Origin: an uncultured Gammaproteobacteria bacterium
Lineage (GTDB): Bacteria > Pseudomonadota > Gammaproteobacteria > JACCXJ01
Length of the DNA: 64,000 nt
Assembly (NCBI GenBank): GCA_963764725.1
Contig: CAVXTM010000018.1
Span: 256,001-320,000 of the forward strand
Reading direction: 5' to 3'
The position numbers were made by a program, and so were the translations under genes. The notes under the pieces are model-generated. The model was not told the DNA's origin. It did no database searches and saw nothing but the letters and a program-made list of their open reading frames with translations. Positions 1-9,102 of this stretch are shown here, in pieces (the first letter of the stretch is position 1; each line of letters opens with the position of its first letter).

Positions 1-918
1 AGTGCTCTGGCGGCGGCGCTCGGGCAGCTACTCGGCTGGTGGTCCCTGTCCGTACTTTACCACCAGTTTCTGTCGATTTTTCTCGCGGCCAATATGTTTG
101 CATTCGTGCTCACGGGAATCGTATTCCTCCGCGGCAAGCCGCCGTCCGCGCAGAAGGGTCAAAATCCTCTGGCGGAGACCTTGCGCGGGCTGTTCCTCGG
201 CATCGAGTTGAACCCGCGGCTCGCCGGCGTCGATCTCAAGCTCTTCAGCTATCGTCCGTCGCTAATCGGGCTCGCGTTGCTCAATGCTTCGTTCGCCGTC
301 GCGCAGTACGAGATTTACGGGACACTGTCCGGCGCAATGGCTCTGTATGAGATCTTCACCCTGATCTATATCGGCAACTACTTTCAATTCGAACACGGCA
401 TGCTCTATACCTGGGACATTGTCGCCGAGCGTTTCGGTGGGATGCTCATCTGGGGTGATTACGTGCTCGTCCCCTTCTTCTATTCCCTGCCGGGCTGGTT
501 TCTCATCCACCGGCTCGATCCCCTGCCGGCCTCTGCCGCGGTTGCCCTCACGGCGCTGTTCCTCTTCGGCTTCTGGCTGTTCCGCGGCGCCAATGAGCAG
601 AAACACCGTTTCAAGGCCGACGCCAGCGCTCGGATTTGGGGGCGGCCCGCCGAGACTCTTGGCGGCCGGTTGCTGGTCTCTGGCTTTTGGGGCATCGGGC
701 GGCATCTCAATTATTCAGGCGAGATTTGCATCTACCTGGCCTTCGCGCTCACTACCGGCTTCGATTCGGTCCTACCCTATTTGCTTCCGGCCTGGCTCAT
801 CGCGCTCTTGATCCACCGCGCCCGGCGCGACGAGCGCCGCTGCTACGCGAAATACGGGACGCTCTGGACCCAATACACGCAAAGGGCACGCTTTCGCATG
901 CTACCCTTCGTCTATTAA
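1..918 (+). CDS. ERG4/ERG24-family sterol reductase (probable C14 reductase), 5'-truncated by the window edge
   Basis: Frame open from position 1 (SALAAALGQLLGWW...). Motifs GIELNPR, DIVAERFGGMLIWGD, LLVSGFWGIGRHLNYSGE, HRARRDERRCYAKYG match ERG24/LBR/DHCR7 reductases. Confidence 0.9.
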   Translation, partial: SALAAALGQLLGWWSLSVLYHQFLSIFLAANMFAFVLTGIVFLRGKPPSAQKGQNPLAETLRGLFLGIELNPRLAGVDLKLFSYRPSLIGLALLNASFAVAQYEIYGTLSGAMALYEIFTLIYIGNYFQFEHGMLYTWDIVAERFGGMLIWGDYVLVPFFYSLPGWFLIHRLDPLPASAAVALTALFLFGFWLFRGANEQKHRFKADASARIWGRPAETLGGRLLVSGFWGIGRHLNYSGEICIYLAFALTTGFDSVLPYLLPAWLIALLIHRARRDERRCYAKYGTLWTQYTQRARFRMLPFVY

Positions 919-921
919 CTC

Positions 922-2316
922 ATGGAACCCCAAGCTTATCCCGTCGCCACCGACACGCTTCCCCCCAGGCCGATCCCGCGAGTGCGCGGCGGACTGCCCG
1001 TGCTGGGCCACGCTCTGGCCTTTCAGCGTGATCCGCTGAGCCTGCTGGAGCAGGCCTGGCGGGCGCATGGAGAGGTGTTCCAGTTCCGGCTTGGCGGGCG
1101 CGAGGTCGTTATATTTGCCGGACCCGAGGCCCACGATGCTTACTTCCGCGCCCCGGACGATCAGTTGGGCGCGCGCGAGGTCTATCAGTTCACGGTCCCA
1201 ATCTTCGGCAAGGGTGTTGCTTACGATGTCGCGCCCGAGCGCATGGCCGAGCAACTGAGCTTCCTCGCGCCCCTGATGCGGGGCGGACCCATGCACGCTT
1301 ATGCCCGCCTCATAGATCAGGAGATCAAAGACTACACCGCAAGATGGGGGGACGAAGGCGAGATCGACCTCCCGGTGGTCACCAACGAGCTGACGGTGAA
1401 CATCGCCAGCCGCTGCCTGCTTGGGGAGGAGATCCGCACGCGTCTCGATACCGGCTTCGCCCGCCTGTACCACGATCTCCAGCGAGGAATCAATACCTTG
1501 GGGTTCTTTTTTCCGCGCCTGCCGATCCCTGGCCATATACAGCGAGACCGGGCCCGCCGCCAAGTGGCCTCCCTGATGCGCGGCATCCTAGCCGAGCGGC
1601 GGCGAACCGGCACGCGCCCGGGCGACTTCATGCAGGCGCTGATGGAAGCGCGCTATACCGATGGCAGTGCGCTCGGCGATGAGGAAATCACCGGCCTCTT
1701 GCTCACCGTGCTGTTCGCGGGTCAGCACACGAGCAGCGTGCTCGCGGCCTGGGTCGGAATCGATCTGCTGCGGCACCGCCAGTACCTGGCCGCGGTCCTG
1801 GCCGAGATCCAGGCCGTTTATGGCGAGGGCCAGACCTTAAGCCTGGATACGCTGAAGAGCCAATTGGCGCTGGAGCACGCCGTCCGTGAAGGCGAACGCC
1901 TGCATCCGCCGCTCATCCTGCTGGTGCGCAAGGCCCTCGGAGACATCGAGTATCACGGCTTTCGCATTCGAGCCGGGACCCTGGCCATGGTCTCGCCGGC
2001 GCTCTCGCACCGTCTGCCCACGGTCTTCAAGGACCCCGAGCGCTACGATCCGGATCGTTTCGGCCCGCCGCGCGAGGAACACAAGCAAGGGACCCATGTG
2101 CTGATTGGCTTTGGCGGCGGCCGGCACCGTTGTCTCGGGATGCACTTCGCGTACATGCAAGTCAAAGCCCTGTGGAGCCTGTTACTGTCGCGCTTCGATC
2201 TCGATCTGATCTCCCCGCCGCCCGCACCGGATTATGGAAGCTGGGTCACCGGACCACGGCCGCCGTGCCGGGTTCGGTACCGGCGCCGCCCCGTATCGCT
2301 CGGCCCCAACCTATGA
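922..2316 (+). CDS. cyp51: Cytochrome P450 CYP51, sterol 14-alpha-demethylase
   Basis: SRS1 YQFTVPIFGKGVAYD, I-helix LFAGQHTSS, ExxR, heme motif FGGGRHRCLG. No fused ferredoxin. Confidence 0.92.
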   Translation: MEPQAYPVATDTLPPRPIPRVRGGLPVLGHALAFQRDPLSLLEQAWRAHGEVFQFRLGGREVVIFAGPEAHDAYFRAPDDQLGAREVYQFTVPIFGKGVAYDVAPERMAEQLSFLAPLMRGGPMHAYARLIDQEIKDYTARWGDEGEIDLPVVTNELTVNIASRCLLGEEIRTRLDTGFARLYHDLQRGINTLGFFFPRLPIPGHIQRDRARRQVASLMRGILAERRRTGTRPGDFMQALMEARYTDGSALGDEEITGLLLTVLFAGQHTSSVLAAWVGIDLLRHRQYLAAVLAEIQAVYGEGQTLSLDTLKSQLALEHAVREGERLHPPLILLVRKALGDIEYHGFRIRAGTLAMVSPALSHRLPTVFKDPERYDPDRFGPPREEHKQGTHVLIGFGGGRHRCLGMHFAYMQVKALWSLLLSRFDLDLISPPPAPDYGSWVTGPRPPCRVRYRRRPVSLGPNL

Positions 2317-5300
2317 CAAGGTCGAGGGTCCCACACTTCGACGTCGCCGTGGTTGGCGCGGGACCGGTCGGCGCGGTCGCGGCCCTGGCCCATGCGCGCC
2401 GCGGGGCACGGGTCGCACTGTTCGAGGCCAATCCGAGATCGGCGCAACGTTTGGCCGGAGAGTGGCTGCATCCCCCAGCCATAGAGGTACTGCGACAGAT
2501 CGGCATCGATTTGCCCACCGCGATCCCGGAGCACTCGGCCGGTCAGGGTTTTGTGGTGTTTCCGGACGACGGTTCCTCGCCCTGCCTGCTGCCCTATGCT
2601 GGCGGGGCACCGGGACTCAGTTGTGAGCACAGCGCGCTGGTTGGGACCCTGCGAGCCGCCGCCGCCGCGCACCCCAATGTGGACTATCTGACTTCGGCAC
2701 GGGTGCGCCGTATCGAGGATCACAGCGTACGCTATGTGCAGCGGGGTGGAGTGGGCTCGATCGTGGCCGGCCGCATTGTGGGGGCGGATGGACGCCGCTC
2801 CATTGTCCGCGCCAGCCTCGGCCTGCCGGTCGATCACGCCATCTGCTCGCGTATGGTCGGCCTATTGCTTCGCGACGTGGAGCTCCCGTTCGAGGGTTTT
2901 GGGCATGTGTTACTCGGTGGCCCCGGCCCGGTCCTTGCCTACCGCATCACCCCGCATGAAGTGCGCCTGATCCTGGACGTACCTGTGCACCGCCGCGGAC
3001 GCCAGGAGCGCGCGGCTTACCTGTGGGAGGGCTATGCGGCAGTCTTGCCCAGCGCCCTGCGGCCGGGCTTTCGCGCGGCCCTCTTGGAGGGAGCCTTCGA
3101 GGGCGCCGCCAACGAAATCAGGGCGCGCAGTGACTACGGCCGCGATCACGTGTTTCTTGCCGGAGATGCCGTCGGCCATCACCATCCCTTGACCGCGGTC
3201 GGGATAACCCTGGGCTTCGGCGATGCTCTGTGCCTAGCCGAGTGCCGGGATCCGGCGGATTATCGGTCTCGCCGGCGCCAGGCCACGCGGGTCGCCGAGC
3301 TGCTGGCCGTGGGCCTCTATCAGGCGCTGACCGAGAGCAGCGAAGAAGCCGACGCCACTCGCCAAGCCATTTATCGGATGTGGCGCAAGAGCAACGCTGA
3401 ACGCACGCGCACGATGCGCTATCTCGCCTGCCAAGACACGCGGACCGCCCTGTTTGCGTGCTCTTTTGTCCGTGCCATCGCCCATGCCCTGTCAGCGATC
3501 GTCAGCGAGGCGCTATGGCGTAGCGAGTGGTCTCATGCGGCAACGGTGGCCCGGGCGCTGGGCGGGCGCCTGCACTGGCTCCTGCGCGGGATCCTACCCA
3601 CCCAATCCGGCCGCGCCTGGGCTCTCGCGCCGGAGGGTCATGGGAAAGGAACCGCGTCCGCGCCCATCGTGGGCGACGCCGGCCCCCGGCTCGTGGCAGA
3701 GGATAATAAAGAGCTAGAGGATACCGAAGCCGGCCCGGCACTTAGACTTGCTGTCACCGCGCTCATTCGCCAGCAGTCGCCGGGCGGCGGCTGGGAGGGA
3801 GAGGTCATCTGGTGCCCGATGCTGGCGGCGCAGTACGTGCTCATGTGCCATATCACCGGCGTCTCGATCGCGCCTGGGCGAAAGGCGTCTCTGTGCCTTC
3901 ACTTCCGCCGCACGCAATTGGCCTCCGGACTCTGGGGCCTGCACCCGCAGTCCTCACCCTACCTCTTCGTGACTGTCCTCGTTTATGTCGCCGTGCGTCT
4001 GTTAGGGGTGAACCGGGAGGATCCTCTGCTCGGCCCCGCGGCCCGGTTCATCGCGGCCGAAGGCGGGGTCACGGCCATCCCGAGCTGGGGTAAGTTCTGG
4101 CTCGCGCTGCTGAACCTCTATGATTGGGACGGCCTCAACCCGCTGCCGCCCGAGGCCTGGCGGCTGCCCCGCTGGATGCCCTTGCACCCGGGCCGGTTCT
4201 ACTGCCATACCCGGCTCATCTACCTGGCGATGAGCGTGATCTACGCGTCTCGCTTTCAGACACCCTGCACACCCGTGATCGAGGCCTTGCGCACGGAGTT
4301 GTACCCCTTGGGTCATAAGCACGTTGGCGCGAGTCGCAGGGCGCTGCGGCCGGGGGATCTGGTTGCGCCCCCGACGCTCTGGCTTCGAGGGCTCTTTGCG
4401 CTCGGTGCGCTCGTGGAGCGCTGGCACCCTGCCGTGCCGCGGCGGACCATCGTCGAGCGGCTGCGCGAGCGGATCCGCTGGGAGCTGCGGACGACCGATC
4501 ACACCAGCATCTCGCCGGTCAGCGGTTTACTCAATATGATCGCACTCTGGATCCACGACCCCGGAGACCCCGATCTGCTCCGTGCGTACGCCCGCTTCGA
4601 AGGCTGGATTTGGGAAAATGATAAGGCGGGGACGCGGGTTACCGGCGCGCGCAGCGCCTCCTGGGACACCGCTTTTGCGGTGCAGGCGCTGGCGGTCGCC
4701 GGGGTGCATCCCGGTTCCGGGGAGGCCAAGGCACGGGGCGTGGCCTTTCTCCGCAGTCAGCAGATCCGGCAGACGTTCGGCGGGATCGACGAGAACTTCC
4801 GGATCGACCCCAAGGGCGGATGGTGTTTTGCGGGCGTGTGGCACGGCTGGCCGGTGAGCGACTGCACGGCCGAGGCGGTGCTGGCGCTGCTCGCGGCCCC
4901 CGGAGCGCCGCCGGACCCGGAAGCCCTCGGCGAGGCCGTTGCGTTTATCCTGCGCTGCCAGAACACCGACGGCGGCTTTGGCACTTACGAGGCGAGCGGC
5001 ACGCGCTGGGCGCTGGAATGGCTCAACCCCGCGGAGATGTTTGCCGACTCCATGACCGACCGTTCCTGGGTCGAGTGTACAGCCTCCTGCATCGCCGCTC
5101 TCGCCGCGGTCGGGGAACGCTGTCCGGATCTCATGGCGCCAGCGATCGAACGCGCCATCGGGCGCGCGGCGCGCTGGGTTTATGCCAGCCAGCGGTCCGA
5201 CGGAGCGTGGCCCGGAGCCTGGGGGGTGTACCTCATCTACGGTACCTTGTTCGGCGTGCGCGGCCTGCTGGCCGCGGGCACACCGGTCTATCACCCTTCC

Positions 5301-5687
5301 ATCCGCAAGGCCTGCCGGTGGCTCTTGGCGCGCCAGCGGCCCGATGGCGGCTGGGGCGAGCACCACAGCGGTTGTCTGACCGGCGTTTACAAAGAACACT
5401 CGGAGAGCCAGATTATCCAGACCGCCTGGGCGCTGCTGACCTTGCTCGAAGCCCGTGAACCCGACTGGGCCGCTATCGACCGGGGCGCCGCTTACCTCTC
5501 GCGCAGGCAAGACGCACGCGGCCAATGGCCGGCGCAAGACATGGCGGGCGTCTTCTTCCGCACGGCGCTCCTCGACTACACACTGTACCGCGCTTACTTT
5601 CCAGTTTGGGCCCTGGGCCTGTACCAGGCCCGGTGCGCGGAGCGCGCGGCGTTCGCACCGCCGGCGCCGCAAGCGATCCGGGCGTAA
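2313..5687 (+). CDS. Squalene epoxidase - oxidosqualene cyclase fusion protein
   Basis: Start reassigned to ATG 2313, which overlaps the cyp51 stop (ATGA). N-half has GAGPVG, RLAGEWLHP, GDAVGHHHPLTAVG (squalene epoxidase). C-half has QW repeats, WDTAF and catalytic VSDCTAE (OSC type, not the SHC DxDD). Confidence 0.9.
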   Translation: MTRSRVPHFDVAVVGAGPVGAVAALAHARRGARVALFEANPRSAQRLAGEWLHPPAIEVLRQIGIDLPTAIPEHSAGQGFVVFPDDGSSPCLLPYAGGAPGLSCEHSALVGTLRAAAAAHPNVDYLTSARVRRIEDHSVRYVQRGGVGSIVAGRIVGADGRRSIVRASLGLPVDHAICSRMVGLLLRDVELPFEGFGHVLLGGPGPVLAYRITPHEVRLILDVPVHRRGRQERAAYLWEGYAAVLPSALRPGFRAALLEGAFEGAANEIRARSDYGRDHVFLAGDAVGHHHPLTAVGITLGFGDALCLAECRDPADYRSRRRQATRVAELLAVGLYQALTESSEEADATRQAIYRMWRKSNAERTRTMRYLACQDTRTALFACSFVRAIAHALSAIVSEALWRSEWSHAATVARALGGRLHWLLRGILPTQSGRAWALAPEGHGKGTASAPIVGDAGPRLVAEDNKELEDTEAGPALRLAVTALIRQQSPGGGWEGEVIWCPMLAAQYVLMCHITGVSIAPGRKASLCLHFRRTQLASGLWGLHPQSSPYLFVTVLVYVAVRLLGVNREDPLLGPAARFIAAEGGVTAIPSWGKFWLALLNLYDWDGLNPLPPEAWRLPRWMPLHPGRFYCHTRLIYLAMSVIYASRFQTPCTPVIEALRTELYPLGHKHVGASRRALRPGDLVAPPTLWLRGLFALGALVERWHPAVPRRTIVERLRERIRWELRTTDHTSISPVSGLLNMIALWIHDPGDPDLLRAYARFEGWIWENDKAGTRVTGARSASWDTAFAVQALAVAGVHPGSGEAKARGVAFLRSQQIRQTFGGIDENFRIDPKGGWCFAGVWHGWPVSDCTAEAVLALLAAPGAPPDPEALGEAVAFILRCQNTDGGFGTYEASGTRWALEWLNPAEMFADSMTDRSWVECTASCIAALAAVGERCPDLMAPAIERAIGRAARWVYASQRSDGAWPGAWGVYLIYGTLFGVRGLLAAGTPVYHPSIRKACRWLLARQRPDGGWGEHHSGCLTGVYKEHSESQIIQTAWALLTLLEAREPDWAAIDRGAAYLSRRQDARGQWPAQDMAGVFFRTALLDYTLYRAYFPVWALGLYQARCAERAAFAPPAPQAIRA

Positions 5688-5742
5688 TCGCCGACGCCAT
5701 TATCTGTGCTTACGTACAGCAGCTTGGATTCCAACCCAATGC

Positions 5743-5851
5743 GTCTAATATTCATTGTGGACCTCCTCGCTCGTTGCTTGGAAACAGATTCGACTTCCAT
5801 TCTGGCACATCGATGCCGAAGAGTCGGGGAGGTTCATGTCATTCGTTAACG
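5743..5851 (+). repeat. attC-like integron recombination site (degenerate)
   Basis: GTCTAAT ... GTTAACG ends. Inner arms TGGACCTCCTCG-CTC and GAGTCGGGGAGGTTCA pair imperfectly. Followed directly by an RBS (GGAGAG) and ATG 5868. Confidence 0.5.
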
Positions 5852-5867
5852 CCCTCGGAGAGTACTG

Positions 5868-7137
5868 ATGTCATTTCCAGCACATGTGTTCCGGGTTCTG
5901 ATCGCTTCGCCCTCCGACGTGACTGACGAGCGAGAGATCGCAGTGCGCACCATCCAGGAGTGGAACGACCTGAACGCCGCCGAGCGGCAGGTGGTTATTC
6001 TGCCGATCCGCTGGGAGACGCATTCTGCGCCCGAGTACGGCAAACGACCCCTGGAGATCATTAACCAACAAATCGTTGACCATGCGATCTTCTGGTAGGT
6101 ATCTTTTGGACTAAAGTTGGAAGTCCCACCGGCGTTGCGGACAGTGGGACGATCGAAGAGATTGAGCGGGTTGCGCTGAACGGAAGACCTGTGATGCTCT
6201 ATTTCTCCCAGACGAAGCAAGACCCAGACAAGATCGATATAGAGCAACTCAGTAAGCTGCGAGAGTTCAAGAAGAAGACGTTCCCCAACGCTCTCATCGA
6301 AACCTACTCCGATCCCACTGAGTTCAAGGGGACTTTGTCTCGACAGCTTGAGCTGCAGCTGAGGACTCTCTTGGCTGCCGAAATGGGGGGCGCTTCGGAG
6401 GATTCAGCTGTCCCTCCAGTGACCGACATTGTCCTCCACTTCGCGGACGCTGAGAGTGGGAAGGACATTGGGACAACACTTGCGCTTGAGGCGCGCTTTA
6501 TCGAAGTGACCAATTTCGAGGACGTACCAGAGTACGTGCCACCTGAGGAAAAGCGCAATGCCTTGGCAGCCGCTTTGACAGCAGAGGCTGCAACAGCAGC
6601 GACTACCTCTCCACTCTATACTCGGGACCCAACAAGAACTACTTCCGCCAGCTCATAACCTATCACGTCGTCCAGAGCTTTTTCCGGCCCATTCGATTCT
6701 GGCTAACGAATCGCGGAGGTGTAGGAGCGCGGGATGTCTATCTCGACATCAACATACAGTCGAAATCGCGAAACCTGGTTGTCCTATCCAAGGATAGTGT
6801 TCCCACTACTCCGCCTTCCAAGACTGGATCGACCATTGGACTTCTCTCGACCACACACCCCACAAAGCCAGAGGAGGTAATCCGAACTCCTGGTGATAGC
6901 TGGCGCACGCAGATGGAGTTTAAAGCCCTCCAACCCAAGAGGGAGATCAGCCCCATTGCACGGTTTGTGATTGGTGCAAAGGAAAGCTGCGATGTCACCA
7001 TCGCTGCCAGAATTTATGCGGACACGCTGGCGGAGCCAGTTGATCAGGAACTGCAACTTCGATTGAATGTTACCCGCCTATCAATCAAGGCGGAGGAGGT
7101 TATGCAAGATATCGCGGGGCAGTCCAGCGAGCGCTAA
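5868..7137 (+). pseudogene. DUF4062-like (TIR/NDT-fold) domain protein with two frameshifts; gene-cassette-like
   Basis: FRVLIASPSDV...WETHSAP continues after a shift near 6085 as DLLVGIFWTKVGSPTG...SGTIEEI...VMLYFS. A second shift near 6620 continues GPNKNYFRQL... to the stop at 7137. Confidence 0.7.
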
Positions 7138-7227
7138 CCTGCCGTTCAGCCGGAGCGCCCAAGAGCGGCGCTCTTGGGTTCCCGTCGCGCTTCGCGCGAC
7201 GGCGCCCGGTTAACGGCGGCGTTTAAG
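7132..7227 (+). repeat. attC-like integron recombination site
   Basis: CGCTAAC contains the gene stop. Left arm AACCTGCCGTTCAGCCGGAGCGCC pairs with right arm GGCGCCCGGTTAACGGCGGCGTT with two unpaired bases. Central hairpins; ends GTTTAAG. Confidence 0.7.
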
Positions 7228-7284
7228 CCGCTGGGCGGTTGCGAATACCTTGTCTCCTGCTCGGACACACGAAGGCCCTAGTTA

Positions 7285-7395
7285 GTGAACGCCGCAGACA
7301 AGATTGCTCTCGCATCTGCCGCTTTTGCCGCAGCGAGCTTTCTCGCCGCCCTGCTTGTCTACTTGGCTCAGCCCGCGACCGCACAAGTATCGTAG
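7285..7395 (+). pseudogene. Short hydrophobic ORF (36 aa), possibly the 5' remnant of the next cassette gene
   Basis: GTG start, MNAADKIALASAAFAAASFLAALLVYLAQPATAQVS; the stop falls inside the REP GTAG. Confidence 0.35.
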
Positions 7396-7421
7396 GTCGG
7401 GTTAGCGCAGCGTAACCCGAC
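7392..7421 (+). repeat. GTAG-type REP element
   Basis: GTAG followed by a perfect 9-bp stem GTCGGGTTA/TAACCCGAC, next to the RAYT remnant. Confidence 0.8.
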
Positions 7422-7434
7422 AAACCCAATCGGA

Positions 7435-7650
7435 TCATTCATACCCTATTCCTTCAAAATCCATCGCACCCCGTCCCCAATCCGCCGGATAAACCTCAGC
7501 CTCGACATATCGGCGAAAGCTGGAATACGGCCATTCCATCGCGGATGCAACGAGCCCGTGCTTTACCGGGTTGAAATGAACGTACTCGACATGCCGGGTA
7601 AAATCGGCTTCATCCCGCAACGCATGTTCCCAATAGCGATGTTGCCATAG
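7435..7650 (-). pseudogene. REP-associated tyrosine transposase (RAYT), C-terminal fragment
   Basis: LWQHRYWEHALRDEADFTRHVEYVHFNPVKHGLV...WPYSSF; the N-terminal HUH part is missing. Confidence 0.85.
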
Positions 7651-7730
7651 GCGGCGCCTACCCTACCAAACTACATCACCGGTTTCATCCGCTAGCGGCA
7701 TCGCGAGGAACGGCCCACCCATACAAGTGG

Positions 7731-8024
7731 TCAGGCCGCGAGCTTCAACTCAACCTTGAGTCCGGCGCGGGTGGCGAGGGTGATGAGCATGTCCAGGCTG
7801 AACTTGTCCCACTTGCCTCGCACCAGATCAGAGACGCGCGACTGCCCGATCCTAAGTCGCTCCGCCGCCTCCGTCTGAGTCCAACCATGCTCCTCTATCA
7901 AAAGTCGCAGGCGCGCCATGAGGTCGGCCCGCATTGCTAGGATAGCTGCTTCTTCGGGTGGGAAGCCTAGATCGAGAAACACATTGCCGGAAGATTCGGT
8001 TATGCGTATGTCATCGTCGTGCAT
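7731..8024 (-). CDS. XRE/HigA-type HTH antitoxin
   Basis: SSGNVFLDLGF N-terminus and HTH TQTEAAERLRIGQSRVSDLVRGK; lies downstream of the toxin. Confidence 0.85.
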   Translation of the reverse strand: MHDDDIRITESSGNVFLDLGFPPEEAAILAMRADLMARLRLLIEEHGWTQTEAAERLRIGQSRVSDLVRGKWDKFSLDMLITLATRAGLKVELKLAA

Positions 8025-8027
8025 GAC

Positions 8028-8342
8028 TCAACCCCCTATCCCCTGGTAACGCCTGCGTGCCAACTCGATATCTTGCCGGCGCGTGCGCCGCGTTTTCTTC
8101 TGGAAAGCATGGAGTACATAGACCGCCTCTGCAAACTTGGCCACATAGATGACGCGCCACTCGCCGAGCACATGGACGCGGATCTCGTAGACGCCAGGTC
8201 CCACGTCCGCCATGGGTTTCGAGTCGGAGGGTGTCGCCCCGTGCTGGACTTGCCACAATTCGAATCCCGCTGCCCGCCGGGCTTCCGCAGGAAAGGCACA
8301 CAGATCGTCATGGCTAGCCCCGACGAACTTGAGTGGCTTCAT
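8028..8342 (-). CDS. RelE/ParE (Gp49/HigB-like) toxin
   Basis: MKPLKFVGASHDDL...GPGVYEIRV...RVIYVAKFAEAVYVLHAFQKKT; start reassigned to ATG 8342. Confidence 0.85.
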   Translation of the reverse strand: MKPLKFVGASHDDLCAFPAEARRAAGFELWQVQHGATPSDSKPMADVGPGVYEIRVHVLGEWRVIYVAKFAEAVYVLHAFQKKTRRTRRQDIELARRRYQGIGG

Positions 8343-9102
8343 TAAGGACATTATCCAAGTATTTTGATACCCGCTCAAGGCGCATATCGGCGGGATTGCC
8401 TGTGCCGGTACCTCAAGGCATTTTAGTCCCTTATCCATGAAATCTTGTGCAAAAAAGCAAAGAGTGTCATGCATGAGCGGTATTGAGAGCAGGCATGACT
8501 ACATACTCTCGGATAGCGAGTGCGCTGCTGAGCACACGACGACCGAATGTCGTGAGGTAGTACTTGTAGCGATGTCCAATCTTTTTGATGAGGCCATGGG
8601 TGCGCAAGCGTTTCAACCAGTAGGAGGCACGGCCGGTGGAGAGATCCCGGAGATGGGCTCGGAGATCGGAGGCGCGAAAGCCGCTGATGTTCCACTCCCC
8701 GCGGGCGAGGGTGATAAAAAGGCTATGATCTTCACGGAGGAAGAGATTGAAGCCCCGATAGGAGCGGTCTTTCTCTCGTACAGGTTTGGCCATTTTGTCG
8801 ATGGCGTGCAGAGCTGCATTGGGGTTATCGATGCTGGCCATGAAGCTGAGATAGCGTTCATTGGCAGCATGCATCAGCTCTCGCAGATCGGGGAGGCTAT
8901 AGATGTTTTTTCGCAGGGGTGCGAGTTTGAATTGCTTGCGCCCATTGCGTTGTTCCACCCAACGGTGGTGTTTGAAGAAGGAGACATCGTTGGCGGTGCA
9001 TTCCACCCGAGCCATGAGACTGAATTTATCGTAGAGCTTGAGGCTTGCTGGTCCCATATGATGGCGGATGCGTGTACCCTGAATGCGGGTGTGAAAATCG
9101 TT

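Noticed and set aside
2130-2312. N-terminal extension of the 1185-aa ORF
   Set aside because: It overlaps cyp51; ATG 2313 gives an ATGA-coupled start right before the FAD-binding motif.
4527-5672. Long antisense ORFs (also 21471-22988 and 26321-27472)
   Set aside because: Shadow frames of GC-rich genes with no recognisable motifs.
8343-8474. Extended N-terminus of the RelE-like toxin
   Set aside because: It runs into the neighbouring element; family similarity starts at MKPLKFVG.
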